Assembly: GCA_002633005.1 (NCBI GenBank) | Contig: NMRA01000061.1 | Coordinates: 1,055,400-1,119,399, forward strand | Direction of reading: 5' to 3' | DNA length: 64,000 nt | DNA from: Phoronis australis | Taxonomy: Eukaryota > Animalia > Phoronida | In this document: piece after piece, positions 12,938 to 24,807 of the stretch | Layout of the letters: every line of letters begins with the position of its first letter | Numbering within the stretch: the stretch's first letter is position 1 | The notes under the pieces: generated by a model | What the model saw: the letters and a program-made list of their open reading frames with translations, nothing else | Databases searched by the model: none | Told to the model about the DNA's origin: nothing | Position numbers and translations under genes: made by a program

Positions 12938-13800
12938 TTTCGGCGCCATGAAATATTGCATCACCTATTGCAAGTTTCTTTTTTCTTCGATTCTTCAATC
13001 GGCTGTTGTTCTTTCATGAAGTTGCGTACATGTCACAACAAATTATCGGAACTGGTTTCACTTCATTATAAGTTTTTAGAATTTTGAAACCGAAAAAAAG
13101 AATTTCAGAAGAAATTATGCTGCTGCCAAGCTATTATCATCTCCCGAGAGATGTTGCAAAAAATTAGGAAATGGCGTATGCACGTGTCACGAGCACACTG
13201 TTTTCAAAATGACATAACTTTTCTTTGTTGGAAAAGGGGGAGGATTACGCAAGAAAATGACGTTTATTAGATTGTTTTCCACTTAAACGGTTGTAACGGG
13301 CAAGGTGAGTGTCGTTTGATTCCCAGATTTTGCATGCACCCCGTCCAGTCTTTAGCTATTGATACAGGTTTCACGGCAAGTTGACGAACAGAACTACCTT
13401 GGCTGTGTGCGGGTCTATGGAAGAAAGACACACAGTGGTACCTAGCTGTATTTTGACGATAGTCTACATACATCTAGCTGGCTGGCTAAAATTGTTCAAG
13501 TGTTGCTGGTATGTAGGCTATGTAGCAAATGAGTGACGGATGCAAGAATTTTGGTATGAAAATTACCAACAATGCACTGAGACGAGAACGTAGGACTACC
13601 GAGTCTTGAACTTGGTACATCCTACCCCAAGGCCAAGAGCAATTGAGAGGCCTTTATATCTCTGCACTTAGTCTCAGTGCAGATTCATCACACTTGTGAC
13701 TGTCTTTGAGTTTGAGTTTGACGTCAGTAATTCAATTTCACTGAATTGACAGTCGGCACCGCCAATATTAGTACCCGTATTAGTACTCAAAAATACTTAC

Positions 13801-13891
13801 TTTTGGCTAAAAATCGTTCTTCGTGTAGCACACATACTGCATTCAAACACAGCAGCAATGCTTCCAGCAAGGAATATAAAGTGAATGCCAT
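13801..13891 (-). CDS. IER3IP1: IER3IP1/Yos1, coding exon 1 (MAFTLYSLLEALLLCLNAVCVLHEERFLAK)
   Basis: ATG at 13891-13889; MAFTLYSLL...N...VLHEERFL is the IER3IP1 N-terminus; gtaagt donor; the three exons sum to 243 nt = 80 aa + stop. Confidence 0.95.
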
Positions 13892-14136
13892 TGAAGCTGA
13901 CTACTTTTTCAGAAAATGTAAAAACGTAAATATTCACACGTAGAGCTACACACGCGACATCTACAGGAAGAGCTATTTCTGGTCTCCTCAATAAATTGAA
14001 GCGACGAGCTGGTTTTGGGACCAGAAAAGTTGTACAAGTAGGACACCTAGCGATTGGGATTGGAATCAACTGGTCATCTTTGTTCTGAGAAGACAAAATT
14101 TCTCATCAGAAAATAGTTAAAATTAGTGGTCTGTAA
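13892..14136. promoter_or_regulatory. Putative bidirectional promoter and 5' UTRs shared by IER3IP1 and MBD2/3
   Basis: Divergent ATGs are 245 nt apart; tandem ATTGG (CCAAT on the minus strand) at about 14053-14063. Confidence 0.7.
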
Positions 14137-14255
14137 ATGTCTATTATCGAAAAGACACGTTCAAATTGCACGTCTTTGCCCCAGGGATGGACTAGAGAAG
14201 AAGTGATCCGAAAATCAGGTCTTTCTGCTGGAAAAACTGACGTATACTATTACAG
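14137..14255 (+). CDS. MBD2/3: Methyl-CpG-binding domain protein 2/3, coding exon 1 (MSIIEKTRSNCTSLPQGWTREEVIRKSGLSAGKTDVYYY)
   Basis: ATG directly after an in-frame TAA; LP.GW.REEV.RKSGLSAGK.DVYY is the MBD signature; gtaatg donor; absent from the ORF track. Confidence 0.95.
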
Positions 14256-15746
14256 GTAATGCTCGATCTGACCTGCTCCGGCCCCGGGATGCGATGTGTT
14301 AGTAGGCCCAATATTCATCGTGCCTGCATGGATTGTACGTCATGTTCTGTTCGAGACACCTGATGCTGATGGCCCACTTTTTAACATACCGCTTTTATGG
14401 TGTTGTGAAATATTGAATATGTCCAATCTGCGAATGGATTTTATCGCCAAAATAATTCTGGTGTCGCTTAATCTTAATCTGGTTTGGTTTAGGACGTTTA
14501 GGTAAATAAAATAGGGTTCTTTAGGAACCCTATCTGTATCATGCACGCACTGTTTTAAGAGTACCTTTAGTTATTTCTTAAGCATGAGATTTGTTTTTAA
14601 ATTGTCAGTATAATGTTAACCAATGACTTGTTAGGAAACTTGTCAGAGCCAGAGGATTTCATGTCGTGTCAAGTTTTTAGATAAGTGATCAAATTAAGGT
14701 AAGTCTTTCAAAAAGTGGCGCAATGTACTAACCAATTAGCCGTAGGCACCTCTGTTCAGTATTCATACCAACGTAAGGAGGAACGATGAAGTAACTTTTG
14801 CGGGTGGATGAAATGTGTAAAAAAGATCTATACAGTGCACGACGCTTAACTTAACACCAAGTCACACTTGGCGACCTGTCAAAAATCCCAAGTCAACAAA
14901 TGAAATCGGAGTTCGCCAAAACTGAAAATCCCAGGTTGTCAATTAATATCTGAGGTTTCTGATCCGGCGTAGAAATCGTTGACAAAAATGTGCTTCATTC
15001 TCGGAATCTTACGTGTACCTCCAATTTCTCCCTATAAATGTACATTCATTCTCTATCTCAATTACTCCCACCAATGAATGAACATAGAACGCAGACGACC
15101 GCATATACTGGTGGTGCATATTTCATTGATCTTGCCCAATTTTTGCCGAGCAATTCCAACTTCTGTCAATTTACTTCCTGTTATCATTTAAGTGGTGTTT
15201 GATGTGTGCTAACTGCTGTGGTGGCAAATGCACTGATTTCATAAATGGAATAAATATTAGTCAAATGTAACGAATTTAGGAAAACTGTTAGTAATTTAAA
15301 GTTTGGAAGTCAACACTAACTTTGAAACGAATTTAGGAGGAATTATATGTCTGACTTTGATACTAGTACTTACAGTGGCAACTTCATGGCGACTTGAGGT
15401 TTTTCCCAGGTCGCCAAACACGCTGTCTATATCACCTTTCTGGCTGCGAAATAAACTGGAGCCATGCGGTTGTTTTAGGTAAAAATGCCTATCTTTGTTA
15501 ATGGCTATTGTAATAACAAGGAACGGTGTTTTCCGCAATATTGTTCATGTGCATGCGCAATTTCGGTCAGGAGTCCTGTTTGCCATGAACCATATTTCAC
15601 GTGACACTGGGTGTCAAAATGTGTCATCCAACTTTGAATACTTGTAAACTGTAAGTCTTACAGATTTCTTGGCACTAAGTGATGATAGTAATGATGGTAA
15701 TGATGGTAATGATATAATGATACTAATGATGATTCTCCTTTTGCAG

Positions 15747-15904
15747 TCCTGATGGTCGGAAGTTCCGAAGCAAGCCACAGTTAGCTCGTCACTTGGGAGA
15801 CGTGATGGACCTATCGACCTTTGACTTCCGTACAGGACGCATTATACACAGTGCAATACGTAAAAGTAAGCGGATGAGGGGCACAGCCTTCGATTATGCA
15901 AGAG
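15747..15904 (+). CDS. MBD2/3: MBD2/3 coding exon 2 (SPDGRKFRSKPQLARHLGDVMDLSTFDFRTGRIIHSAIRKSKRMRGTAFDYAR)
   Basis: ttttgcag acceptor, gtaacg donor; KFRSKPQLAR and DLSTFDFRTG complete the MBD. Confidence 0.96.
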
Positions 15905-16317
15905 GTAACGCCCTCTTTGCCAGTGTGCCACGCCTACCATTTCACCCACAGTCAAAACCCATTGTGCTGCGCCTATCGTTTCACCCATAGTCAAAGCCTT
16001 CCTTTAGCTCTAGTTGCCAGTGAACATTTTCCACGACATGAACTGGTTTCTTTTTGTTGCACCCCATTTGCAAGTTCGCTGGCAGAGTTGAGGGATCTTG
16101 CTGGTTGATATGACTGAAATATTGCCCTTTGGTCTGACCAGGAGGTTGGTCAACATTCACCATGAATTGATTTTGTCAATGCGTGACTAGATGTTATTAA
16201 AAATATTAAAATTTGACTCTGCAGTGTCAGTGTGGAGTCTCTTGGAAACCCAATGTACATGTACACTTAAGTAGTAGTGCTGTTTTCAAATGTGAACATC
16301 AAATTGTACGGTAAATG

Positions 16318-16547
16318 TTCTCCTGTTTGGGACAACCTCTAAAGTTTGGAATACTGGAATTCAGGTGAAAATTGAATTTTCTTGATTATGAGTACTTGGA
16401 AATGAGCGATTTTGGTGTTGATCGTATTTCTCAAGTATTGTCCGCTGTGTCTTTCTAGTACAACAGAGACTGAAAATAAGACTTGACCATTCATAAAATC
16501 TTCAAAAGTAGTCGCTGACGCAATGTTTCATGAGGTCCCCATACTAG
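16318..16547 (+). repeat. Dispersed repeat family A (also about 26628-26852 on plus and 41283-41510 on minus)
   Basis: Shared ttctcc.gtttgggaca..ctctaaa...ttgaatttt...atcgtatttctcaa...ttcataaaa; the third copy is reverse-complemented. Confidence 0.75.
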
Positions 16548-17306
16548 TAGTGTGTGACATGGAGATGAATAATCGGGCATTGCTGATCATAATTCTTGAA
16601 TTTGGGATGGCCAATATTGCCTATTTCTAAAATTTTACACAAGCTCTGACTGAGCATGTACTGGCAAAGGAATCTTGGTGAAACACAATTGAGATGACCT
16701 AATGCCACCTGTGTGCATGTGTCATAACTAACACTGTTGACTGAGTAGATCTCCAGTTGTAAGCTGGCGCCACCTGTCCCTTGGGAAGGACACCAGCTTC
16801 TGCCAATGTGCAGTGGCTCAATTTCGCAAGACACTTTTTGGTTGCAAATTCATTATTTAAAAAGATCTTGTTGGATTGACAGAGTTTGGAATCGTTTGAT
16901 TTTTATTTTGTCGGAAACTTGTTAGTGGAAGAGGGGGCACCAGAAGATAGTAGTTTTTCAGTGTTACTGGAGGCAGTAACTGACATAATTACGATGATAA
17001 CGCTTTGCCTTGGAGAGAAATTTGCCCACTTAAGATGAAGTTGGAAAATTGAGTTCACACTTAGGGCATGGAAAGTTGCATGAGCTTGGGTAGTACCATA
17101 TCTGTTTTCAGCTACTGCCTATCCACCTCTGGTTTCTTGATATTTTTGCTTAATTTATATTATATATTATATTATATATAATATATATTTATGTTTCCGT
17201 TGTACTTACGCATAGTGCCCACCTCTTGATTTTTGTGTCTCGATTTAATCAATAAGGTCGCCAACCCATACATGTTCGATCGTTCAGTTTATTATTAATC
17301 TTGTAG

Positions 17307-17449
17307 GACTGAGGCCGGATGCTAACCTGGTGCTGCCGATCCGACAGACGGCGTCAATATTCAAGCAACCCGTGTCTGTGTACAGGACGCGTAAGGGGAG
17401 CAAGTCACGATCTGACTTGAAGCATGGAAACCAAGAGCAACCCAAGCAG
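17307..17449 (+). CDS. MBD2/3: MBD2/3 coding exon 3 (GLRPDANLVLPIRQTASIFKQPVSVYRTRKGSKSRSDLKHGNQEQPKQ)
   Basis: ttgtag acceptor, gtgagt donor; LPIRQTASIFKQPV motif. Confidence 0.96.
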
Positions 17450-17682
17450 GTGAGTGTTTGCATAGGTGGTCACCAAGGGTGCTCCCTTTTGGCGTGTTTG
17501 GAGGGACACCAGGTGTTGGTGAAGTGATTGGTGTGCGTTTACGTGCTTGTGGGCATGCAAGTGAAGGATGCCACTTAAGGTGCATTAATTACCTGTTAGC
17601 TGTCGTTGACAGGGTCACTTATGATGTTTTATTCTTGAATTATCTCTCCAGTCTTTCGTGGGAGTGGGGGGGGGGGGTGTGG

Positions 17683-17780
17683 TGCATCTGTGACTGCTGG
17701 TTGTCACACTTCATGCGTTGCTGTTAGGGGGGCTGTTGCATCTGTGACTGCTGGTTGTCACACTTCATGCGTTGCTGTTA
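17683..17780. repeat. Tandem duplication of an about 54-nt unit in MBD2/3 intron 3
   Basis: tgcatctgtgactgctggttgtcacacttcatgcgttgctgtta occurs twice. Confidence 0.85.
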
Positions 17781-17899
17781 TGCAAGACCAAATCAACACG
17801 TCTGTGTATTGAGCTCATTCTACAAAACTATAAAATTTAACTCGGTCAATAAATGCATCATAACCAAAGGAATGTTCAAGATGAGATTTCAAAAACGGG

Positions 17900-18157
17900 G
17901 TTACAGTTTCCTAACATATTGTTTCGTTTTGTTTATGCAACTTTGCATTTTTTACAGGAAGTTCGTAAGAGTCTTAATTCATTGTCGCCTCTCATGGGAA
18001 AGTGAAACATTATAAAAACAGTTCCTAAATGGTTTTGGAGATCAGTGCATACGCCATATTATCCAAAAGTTTCGTATGAATCCAATCAGTCATTTCTGAG
18101 ATGTGATGTTCTCAAATAAGCCAAATTTGAACATTTTTAAGGTCCTACATAACCTTA
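17900..18157 (+). mobile_element. Dispersed repeat family C, ending ggtcctaca.aacctta (also about 50825-51074, partial about 30200-30279); TTAA-ended DNA transposon-like right end
   Basis: Colinear similarity including ttctgagatg..atgttct...ttgaacatttt..a.ggtcctaca.aacctta. Confidence 0.65.
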
Positions 18158-18230
18158 GCACATGTTGGTACCGAGTAGTCCATCACATTATTCTCTGCTA
18201 AATCTGATTGGATTTCTGTGTTTGACCAGT

Positions 18231-18316
18231 GGTCCCGATGGCTCTGTTGCTAGAGTGTCTGCACGGTTAGCCGAAGGTCCTGAGTTCGAGTCCCGGTCGG
18301 AGGCAGAAAACTTTTT
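18231..18316 (+). mobile_element. Degenerate tRNA-like element (tRNA-derived SINE head or tRNA pseudogene) in MBD2/3 intron 3
   Basis: A-box-like TGGCTCTGTTG, B-box GAGTTCGAGTCC, cloverleaf spacing with mismatched stems, non-canonical anticodon loop ACGGTTA, downstream TTTTT. Confidence 0.7.
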
Positions 18317-18467
18317 GGACTTATGTTCATTTGGTCACATTATGTGGCCAACAGGTGGCGTGCTGACCAGACTTTAATTTTTTTTATCTATATTTCCGCG
18401 CCAGTTCAAGATTTAAATATTCTCTTAAACATGTTGATTAACCCGTTGTTCCATTTGCGTGTTCTAG

Positions 18468-18558
18468 TTGTTCTGGGAGAAGAGACTGCAGGGCATAGGA
18501 GCCAGCGACATCAATGAAGACGTATTGGACCCCCTCGATCTGCCATCCAGTATTCAAG
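18468..18558 (+). CDS. MBD2/3: MBD2/3 coding exon 4 (LFWEKRLQGIGASDINEDVLDPLDLPSSIQ)
   Basis: ttctag acceptor, gtcagt donor; LFWEKRLQG motif. Confidence 0.95.
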
Positions 18559-19712
18559 GTCAGTGTTGGCGATACTGTGCTCTTTTTCCTTGGCCAACAC
18601 AAGCTTTTGGCTAACCTGGGTCTGTAAGATACTCACCACTGATACGATCAAGTGATTTCCTGGTTATGCATGGCAATATCTTGAGATCAATCGCATAAAT
18701 TTGACAAGACCCTTGACTGTGGAATGCTCTTTTGTTTAGGAGAATTACTACTGGAGCTTACTGTCAAACTGTTTTTTGTGGATAGAACTATTTTTAAAAG
18801 CATTTGTTGTTGACTGTTGTGTAATTGATAGTATCGTCTGAGATGTTTGTGGGTTGTTTTATTGTTGCAAGCTATTATCAATTTACACAGTACATAATTA
18901 TTTGACTGTAGTCGACAATGTTTAAATTGGCTTCAAATTTGCAAAGGCTTCAATGGCTTCTTTGTGATGTTTAACACGCTTCTGTAAAGTATACCATTTT
19001 GGACAAATATTTTCCAAAGTTGCCTCTTTTTCATTTTTCAGGAGCAAAAATTGTTGTTAGTGAATAACACTGCACAGCAGTAGCTGTGGCTGAGAACTTT
19101 TAAATGGAGAATCAGCAGTGGGATGTTACCTGTCTGTATGTGAAAAAATGTGAAAATGTGAAAAAATGAGAAAATGAAGTTGTCCACCATATTGTGTTCC
19201 CAATTGATGAAATTTTTTGCTCGTTCATTTCAATCCTGTTGTATTCTGGTAAAAGTGTAAGGCGTGGTGTATCATCCTGGATGTCCGAATTTCTAACAAA
19301 AACAGATTGACAATTTGTAAAACCTTGACAGGGTATTTGACGTTTCGTTTTGAACATTTATGTCAAGTAGAATTAGGTCATGTTATTATACCATTGTGTG
19401 GCTGTCAATGAACCTTATTTAAAGACATGGCAGATTGACAAATAGTTGCAAGTCAAATTTTACATGCATTCTACTTTCAGAAAACATCCGTTTACTGAGT
19501 TAAAAATATATAATTTCAAAGATATTTTGCTAAATACAAAGACTTATCGTTAAGGTATTACATAAGTTAAATCAAGCCTGGAGTATCTTTTGTTTTTAGA
19601 ATTTAGTAAAGTGACTAGCTAAGCAAATCGTTTAAGATCGTGATACACAGATTTCTCGACTTGGTACTGTGGGCATGAGTTGCTAACATGAAATTCTTTG
19701 AATGGTCAACAG

Positions 19713-19867
19713 GTGTCGGTCCAGATGTGTCGACGGAGAACGTGCTGCAGAGTATCGCTGCTGCACTGCATGTCAACAGTCAACCTGTGGTGGGACAGAG
19801 CCAGGACCGGTCACGTATTCTAAAGAACCCCGGCGTACACATCAACATATACCAGCCACTACTCAAG
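19713..19867 (+). CDS. MBD2/3: MBD2/3 coding exon 5 (GVGPDVSTENVLQSIAAALHVNSQPVVGQSQDRSRILKNPGVHINIYQPLLK)
   Basis: caacag acceptor, gtgtgt donor; GVGP...IA.ALH...P..GQ...KNPGV..N..QPL motifs. Confidence 0.95.
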
Positions 19868-20286
19868 GTGTGTTCTACGTCTATAGCTGTCGTGTATCCT
19901 TAACCACCCTGATATGCACATTTGCATGTCTTTTTCATATCTGAGTCAAGGTACACTCCAGTATTTACTGGAAGACTGAACATCCCTAAGCTGTAAGCAG
20001 CATCACTGCCAATGCCTTGCGAAGGCAGGAATTATTGGGCGCACAGAGACATATTTTACGTCATCGTGGCTCTCACGCGGTATCCGTTGAATGCAAATTT
20101 CATCTCCTCATACCCTCGGCGGTCACCTCTCATTCTATCGCGACACTGCAAATTACTGAATAGGAGTGTCCCCTTGGCCCTTTAATGTAGAACGATGTAA
20201 AAATTGAAATATTTTTTTAAAAATTCTTATCACCAAAGTGATCAAGCCATTGCGATGAATACTTTCAGTCATCCAGTTGAGTAATA

Positions 20287-20491
20287 ATATGTAGAAAAAT
20301 AAATCAATTACTGGACTTGTGGTTTATTGAGTTGGATAGGGCACTAAAGATTATCCCGCGCAAACTGTGCTGTGGATCACATGACGAGACACGTGACACC
20401 TCAGTGGCCTGCTGAAGTCCTCGAGAGGAGGACGCAACGTAGCCATCTCAATAAACCATAAGTCCAGTAATTGATTTATTTTTCTACATAT
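20287..20491. mobile_element. MITE with about 45-bp terminal inverted repeats in MBD2/3 intron 5
   Basis: atatgtagaaaaataaatcaattactggacttgtggtttattgag ... ctcaataaaccataagtccagtaattgatttatttttctacatat (one mismatch). Confidence 0.85.
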
Positions 20492-20876
20492 GATCAAGCC
20501 ATTGCTAGGCTCTAAGGAAGGCATGAACAGTCACTTATGCAGAAAAAAAATTAGGTAATGTGTTTTGGATAGAAAAACAAATCTCATCATGTAAGTTAAT
20601 GCCACTTGGTAAAGAACGTGTTTGTACACAGTGTTGCATGATGCTCACTTGTCTTTCGGCTATTCTAATACGTTTCTAATTTTCTGCAGCTGTGAATGTG
20701 TTGCATTGGATGTAAAATGTTGGCATTTGTGAACAGTAGATGCATTGAGTAAATATAATGAAAGGTATGGTGTGACGCATACATTGTTAGGCAACCAAAT
20801 GCATCGTTTTCATGTTATGTTGACTTTCCTCAGTGGACGGGTCAGTTGTTTGCAAATTATTTTTAATCTTCTAAAG

Positions 20877-20981
20877 GAGGTGCTAGTTTCGCACGAGGAC
20901 ATCTTGCGGCAGGAACAAAAAGTAAACAAGGCTAGGAAAATGCTGGAGCAAGTCCTGACAAAACCGGACACTGTTTCATAG
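20877..20981 (+). CDS. MBD2/3: MBD2/3 coding exon 6 (EVLVSHEDILRQEQKVNKARKMLEQVLTKPDTVS*), C-terminal coiled coil
   Basis: ctaaag acceptor (NAGNAG, so a +3 alternative is possible); V..EDI.RQE..V...RK.LE..L coiled coil that binds p66/GATAD2; total CDS 771 nt = 256 aa. Confidence 0.93.
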   Translation, partial: EVLVSHEDILRQEQKVNKARKMLEQVLTKPDTVS

Positions 20982-23804
20982 CATGTAAGTGTAGAAGGTG
21001 GCTGTTTAGGAGTGGTTATGTGCAGATAGTTGTCATTTTCTTGCATTTGGGAATGCCAGAGGCACAATATGAGTTGCCCTGGTTGCTTTTTTGAAAATTG
21101 GACAATTTTTCTCATGTCAGTTGTTTGAAACTTCCTAAGAACAAGAAAATACAAGTTGATGAATGACATCATTCATCCATGTCTAGTACTTACTTATTTT
21201 GCAAAAATTTAGAGACCCTCACTTTTCGTGTCCAAAACGGAGAAATCCATTTTTGCAAACATGAAATTCCATTTTTTTCCGTTTTGTATTTTTAAGTCTT
21301 TTAGTTTTTAATAACATGAAAGTAATCTGGGAACTGGAATTTAAAATTTAAGAAAAATTATTTTACAACACTTCTGAAAAAGCTCTTGAGATAATTTCTA
21401 CGGATGTAGTGGAGCTGATTGAAGATTATTGATTGATTCCAGCAAAAATTGCAATACCTTCCACAGCCCTGAACCTCGAGTCGCGTATCTTAAATCTGAA
21501 ATCTCCTAGTCTTAACTCACACTGTATGAATTGTACGTTATTAGTTTAACCACTTTTGTAATGTTGAAACCAGGTGATTTAGTGATTGTGAAGTTTTTAG
21601 AACATTAATACCCCGGTGTACTGGTGAACATTTCATGCACTGAAAGTGTTACGGCCACCAGTCAAATGGGAAGGCTAGTTCTTTGACCAAACACCAGATG
21701 GGGTTACTAATGGATGGTTCGCAAATTCAGTTTCATTAGTCCCGAGTCATATCAGTGGGGTCTATTTGGTTGTTCTGACATCCTGAATGGTTATATTTCC
21801 AGATGTTTCTTGTGGTGTAGGATTAGGACGACACAGCTACTCGAAAGGGTAGTGGACACTGACATTTTGGCACGCCAACTGTACCCATTAGGACTTCATC
21901 ACTTGTGGCTAGAGCACTGACATTACTTCTCTGTAGTCTTCATCATGGACATGGGAACATAATGTGACATCTTTAGCTCAGCGTTATCCCGTCTCAGTCG
22001 TTGGCGGTTTCCAGTTCACGAATACAAAAAATGTGTAATGAGGCGAGGACTAAAGCTAGCGCGTCAGTGATGTCACGTCTATCAAGACCATAGAGTGCGT
22101 ATGAATTGATAGGCTGTCCATATAGTGAAGTAATGCACAGTATTTAATGTACAGTTGAAACATGTATTATTATTTTGTTAAAAGCATATTCTACATATTT
22201 AGCCACATCACATATTTATCTTTGGTATCACGCAGTTTATTTGAAATATCACGTGGATACCATCTTTTGACTACACTAACCCAAATCTGCAGCGTGATTG
22301 GACCATTGTTAGGCTCAAAAGTCAATTATAATGGTTGATTTAGGGCGTTAATTTGGATCTATAGTGACTATAGTTCGTGAAGTGAAACTTTCTTTTGTCG
22401 CAAGAACAGGAATAAATGACCGTACTGCGCCACAGTACGGACACTGCCTTAGTCCTTATCCTTATTGGGATATCACGTGACTTTGCAGAGTTGATGTGAC
22501 ATAACAACACAAATGTAGCAGCATTGTCATGTGCAGTGAAGTGTACTAAGTTATGAATACAGCGGAACCACTGTAGGAATCTTCTGGAGCTTTCCATAAC
22601 GTTATTTGTAACTGAAGTTCGCTGAAACCTAATTTGCTTGTACTTGCTCTGTGGAACATAATGAACGAGTGATGTTGTACACGTGACATGTAGTCACGCA
22701 ATTTGATTGTACATGTTATGGGTGTTAGGAGACTGGGAATGATCTAACACTATTGAGCGATATTAGTTCCTGGACTCTGCATTGGTTTGAATGTGCCTCA
22801 AGAGTGGTGAATTTTTTCTGCTACTTTTTGTGGGACATTCTGCGTTTGAGAAACTGTGAGGTCAATTGAAAGAACTCATTCCTCAGAAGGCAAGTTTGCT
22901 GGAAGAATTATGCATCCAGGAATTTTGTAATGACGCATCTTTGTAAGTGTGACATTAATTTTTGTTCTCAAAGGTATACTGAGCACTGTTTAAGGTAATG
23001 TAGCTATTACCTTAGGACATCTCGTTTGACACAATAGTGACAGCCGAATGTTAGGATTCAATTTTGCGACGGTGACAAAACGTGATTAAGTCATGTTAAC
23101 ACTTGTTTTCTATGTTTTGTATGGTTTTACTGTGGTCGGAATGGAGTTCTGGCAAATTTTATCTTACTTTGAAGTTGGACATTTTTGACCCATTTTCTGT
23201 TGTTTGCTTAAAGTGAAATACCAACTGAAGCACTTATAAACCTTTTCAGGGATGATCTAAAAATAGCCCTTGTATATTTCCTATGAGGTGCATTTGCTGT
23301 TGAGGCGATCATTTCCAAAACATTGAAATTTCAATTCATCAAAATTTGAGACAGGCATGTACTTTCTTTTTGAGTAGCTAAACGGATAAAATTCTGTTAA
23401 AGTTTGATTGCGTGAGGCATAGCTTTTGCAAATCTGGATAACAGTCACGATTGACTGCTGGAGTGTAGTGCCCTTGAAGTACAGTGAAGCACCATTTTTG
23501 AAAATTTTGTTTCGTTTTGGGGTGAAATCCTTTGTTTTGATTGTTAAATAGGTTTAATTATCAATCCTGAGTATCACACCACAGACCACCTGGAGGTCAA
23601 TAGTGGCTTCAACTGCATGATTGAACGCGGCGCACTAAGTGGGTTTGCAGTAAATCGTACAAGTCTGATGCTAAATGGACTGAAAAATCTCTGCTGAGTA
23701 TGGCAAAACTAGACTTACTTGAAAGTGTAGTCTGTCCGAGTTAAGCAAAAATCCAACATGTATGTCTGCCTTGCGCGATTTTTACAGTATTTGAGTTTGA
23801 AATT

Positions 23805-23877
23805 TGTGTCTTCAACTTGACCTGATTAATGTCTTAAACTTGACTTGATTAGTGTTTTCAACTTGACCTAATTAGTG
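23805..23877. repeat. About 23-nt minisatellite, three copies
   Basis: tt.aacttgac.t.atta.tg repeated. Confidence 0.75.
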
Positions 23878-24580
23878 CTGCATTTGGCTAGTCACTCGGC
23901 TGAACAGACGTCAGTCTCTTGAACGGAGCCATTGTCAACATGAATTCCCTGTGCATGTTTGTGTGTTAAACCCTGTCAACCAATCATTTTATAGAGTTCA
24001 TTGGATTGAACACTGTTTGGTTATTACCCAATGTGACTGAAGTAACGAGTTCGCGTCACTTGTCTTATTATGTTGAAGATATCGGGGCCTGGTGTCTAAT
24101 CTTTTTTTCTCAAAATTGAACTTGAAATTATTTTTGGCATTTTCTATAAATTCTACTTTTGTATGAGCTCATGAAATCGATTATGTGGATAACTGTCTTT
24201 GTGTATCTTCTACTTTACGAACCCAGCATTAAGGCTAAAAGTTTGAATTGAACTCGAAATTTCGAATTTTTCTTGAAAATCACAAGTTCTCACTCAAGTT
24301 TGTAGCTCTAATACAAGGGTCATCAAGTGCGAATTTTTGACTAGAAACTCGTATGCCTCCACACAAGTAGAACAGAAAATGCCAAAAATAATTTTGAGTT
24401 TGATTACGAGTACAAAGATTTAAGTCTTGCCCCTGTTGTCTTCTCGTGCTTGTATGCTCTACTCTCTGCGACAGTAATATTTGTAAATAAACATTTTCTA
24501 GTTTACCCACCACACGTTACATGTTGTCAAATTAATCTTCGACAAACACGCCTTTTTCACCTGTGCCACCTAATAAATTT

Positions 24581-24807
24581 CAGGGCTTGGAATTTTCCTC
24601 TTTTAAGAAGATTTCTTTATTTGATTTCCAGTTCCCCTTGTTGTTTCTTTTTGTATCATTAGTTTGCTTTTATTCATGCAAAAAAGGTTTCACGCTGTTA
24701 AGTTTTACAACACAAAAAAAATTTCTATCACGCAGACCTATTTATTTTTAGAATGATACATAACCTGGAAAAAAAATTTTTTTGGTCATGGTTCATTCCA
24801 AGCCCTG
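24581..24807. mobile_element. MITE with 13-bp TIR (cagggcttggaat / attccaagccctg), flanked by aaattt on both sides
   Basis: Perfect TIRs; aaattt at 24575-24580 and 24808-24813 is palindromic, so it may be a 6-bp TSD or a TIR extension. Confidence 0.8.
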
